DNA of 64,000 nt from Carcharhinus amblyrhynchos (Eukaryota), in assembly GCA_965287045.1 (NCBI GenBank), contig OZ336879.1, forward strand, positions 62,124,001-62,188,000. Direction: 5' to 3'. Positions 62,810 through 64,000 of this stretch are shown piece after piece (position 1 is the stretch's first letter; every line of letters starts with the position of its first letter). The position numbers and the translations under genes were made by a program. The notes beneath the pieces are model-generated. The model was not told where the DNA came from. It searched no databases and saw nothing but the letters and a program-made list of their open reading frames with translations.

Positions 62810-63019
62810 AAAGCAAAACAGAAAATGCTGGAAATGTTCAACAGGTCATGCAGCATCGGCGGAAAGAGGAATCGAGTTACTGTTTCAGGTCAGTGCTCTA
62901 TAATCAGAAACTGATGAAAAGTCATCGAACTAACTTTCTTTCTCGCTCTAGAGTGCTACCCGACCTCCTGAGTATTCCAAGCGTCTTCCGAATTCCAGCA
63001 TGTGCAGTACCTTGTTTTT
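62810..63019. mobile_element. Second Penelope-derived palindromic repeat family, with decayed hammerhead-like core
   Basis: Left arm GAAAATGCTGGAAATGTTCAACAGGTCATGCAGCATC pairs imperfectly with GTGCTACCCGACCTCCTGAGTATTCCAAGCGTCTTC. Central CTGATGA at 62911, but the GAAAC box is missing. Confidence 0.6.
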
Positions 63020-63176
63020 ATTATAAAAGTGGTGTTAATTTGCCTGAACGAGCAACATTCTGAATTACACCCAAAAGTTTGCTATATTAACCAGTTAACT
63101 TATTTACTATAGATTTGTCAACAAATAACTAGCAAAAAATCAATACATATACTAGTTAGAGTCCTTTCACTTAAAG

Positions 63177-63478
63177 GGGAGATAAGTGGCACAGTGGTAT
63201 TGTCGCTGGATTAGTAATCCAGAGAACCAAGGGTAATGCTCACAGCAGATGGTGACACGAATTTGGTAAAAATCTGGAATTAAAAGTCTAATGCTGGCCA
63301 TGAAACCATTGCCAATTGTCGTAAAAACCTATCTGGTTCACCAATGTCCTTTAAGGAAGGAAATCTGCCATCCTTACCTGATCTGCCCTACATGTGACTC
63401 CAGACCCACAGCAATGTGGTTGACTCTAGTTGCCCTCAGGGATGGGCAATAAATGCTGACGCAGCAGCCACGCCACAG
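63177..63478 (+). mobile_element. tRNA-derived SINE (MetaSINE/MER131-like)
   Basis: A box TGGCACAGTGG, core GTAAAAACCTATCTGGTTCACCAATGTCCTTTAAGGAAGGAAATCTGCC..ATGTGACTCCAGACC, LINE-shared tail GGGATGGGCAATAAATGCTG. Family name from recall. Confidence 0.7.
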
Positions 63479-64000
63479 CTCATCGGCGATTAAAATAACA
63501 ATGTATTAACATCGCGGTTTTCAAAGATGATTTAAACATTTCGACTTATTTGATTGTGTTGTCTCGTGCTATTTATGATTTGAATTTCAAGATGATTTAT
63601 TTAAAACATTATAGCAGTCTGCGAAACGTGGTACTGTGGTTGAAATTGTATTCTATACAAAAGACACATGCAAGTCGAAGGTGGACTTTTAGTTTTCATT
63701 TTTATGAACAGCGGTTCTGATCAGATGAAGGTGCGTTCGGTCTGTTATTGAACCACCTATTCTTCAACGCTGCCATCTTTTCTATCCTCAGAGACAACTT
63801 TTTGGACTTGGAGGCCCAATCTGTGATGAACTGCGGAGACTATTTTTTTGTTGCAGATTTGAAGATCGAATCAGCCCAAATCTATTCACATTCTTCGCAA
63901 GCAGGGCTTTCTATGCTGAGCAGAGGTGACACTTCCATCACATGTGTGTGCTTGATTCAATCTGAAGTCCTGCATGTTGGGAGACAGTTATTGACGGATT

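Overview
Vertebrate genomic DNA. The repeat content (HE1-type tRNA-derived SINEs, CR1 and Rex1/Babar LINEs, Penelope-derived palindromes) points to a shark or other cartilaginous fish. The only supportable protein-coding gene is the intronless class III POU factor POU3F3 (Brn1) at 45822-47006 (+), with an unusual Q15 tract. By eye it lies in a large CpG-retaining domain (~37 kb to the window end) with a TE-poor core. The left ~31 kb is mostly transposon remnants. These include a deleted Gypsy LTR element whose 5' LTR is split by a Rex1 LINE, a solo LTR with a 4-bp TSD, two near-identical young CR1 copies, MITEs with 3-bp TSDs and an inverted duplication of a CR1 junction. The most notable structure is a 302-bp fold-back element (25424-25725) flanked by a 13-bp TSD, with a minimal hammerhead-ribozyme motif on each strand. 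There is a 130-N assembly gap at 18673-18802. Family names come from recalled consensus features, not database searches. No wholly new protein-coding system could be supported.
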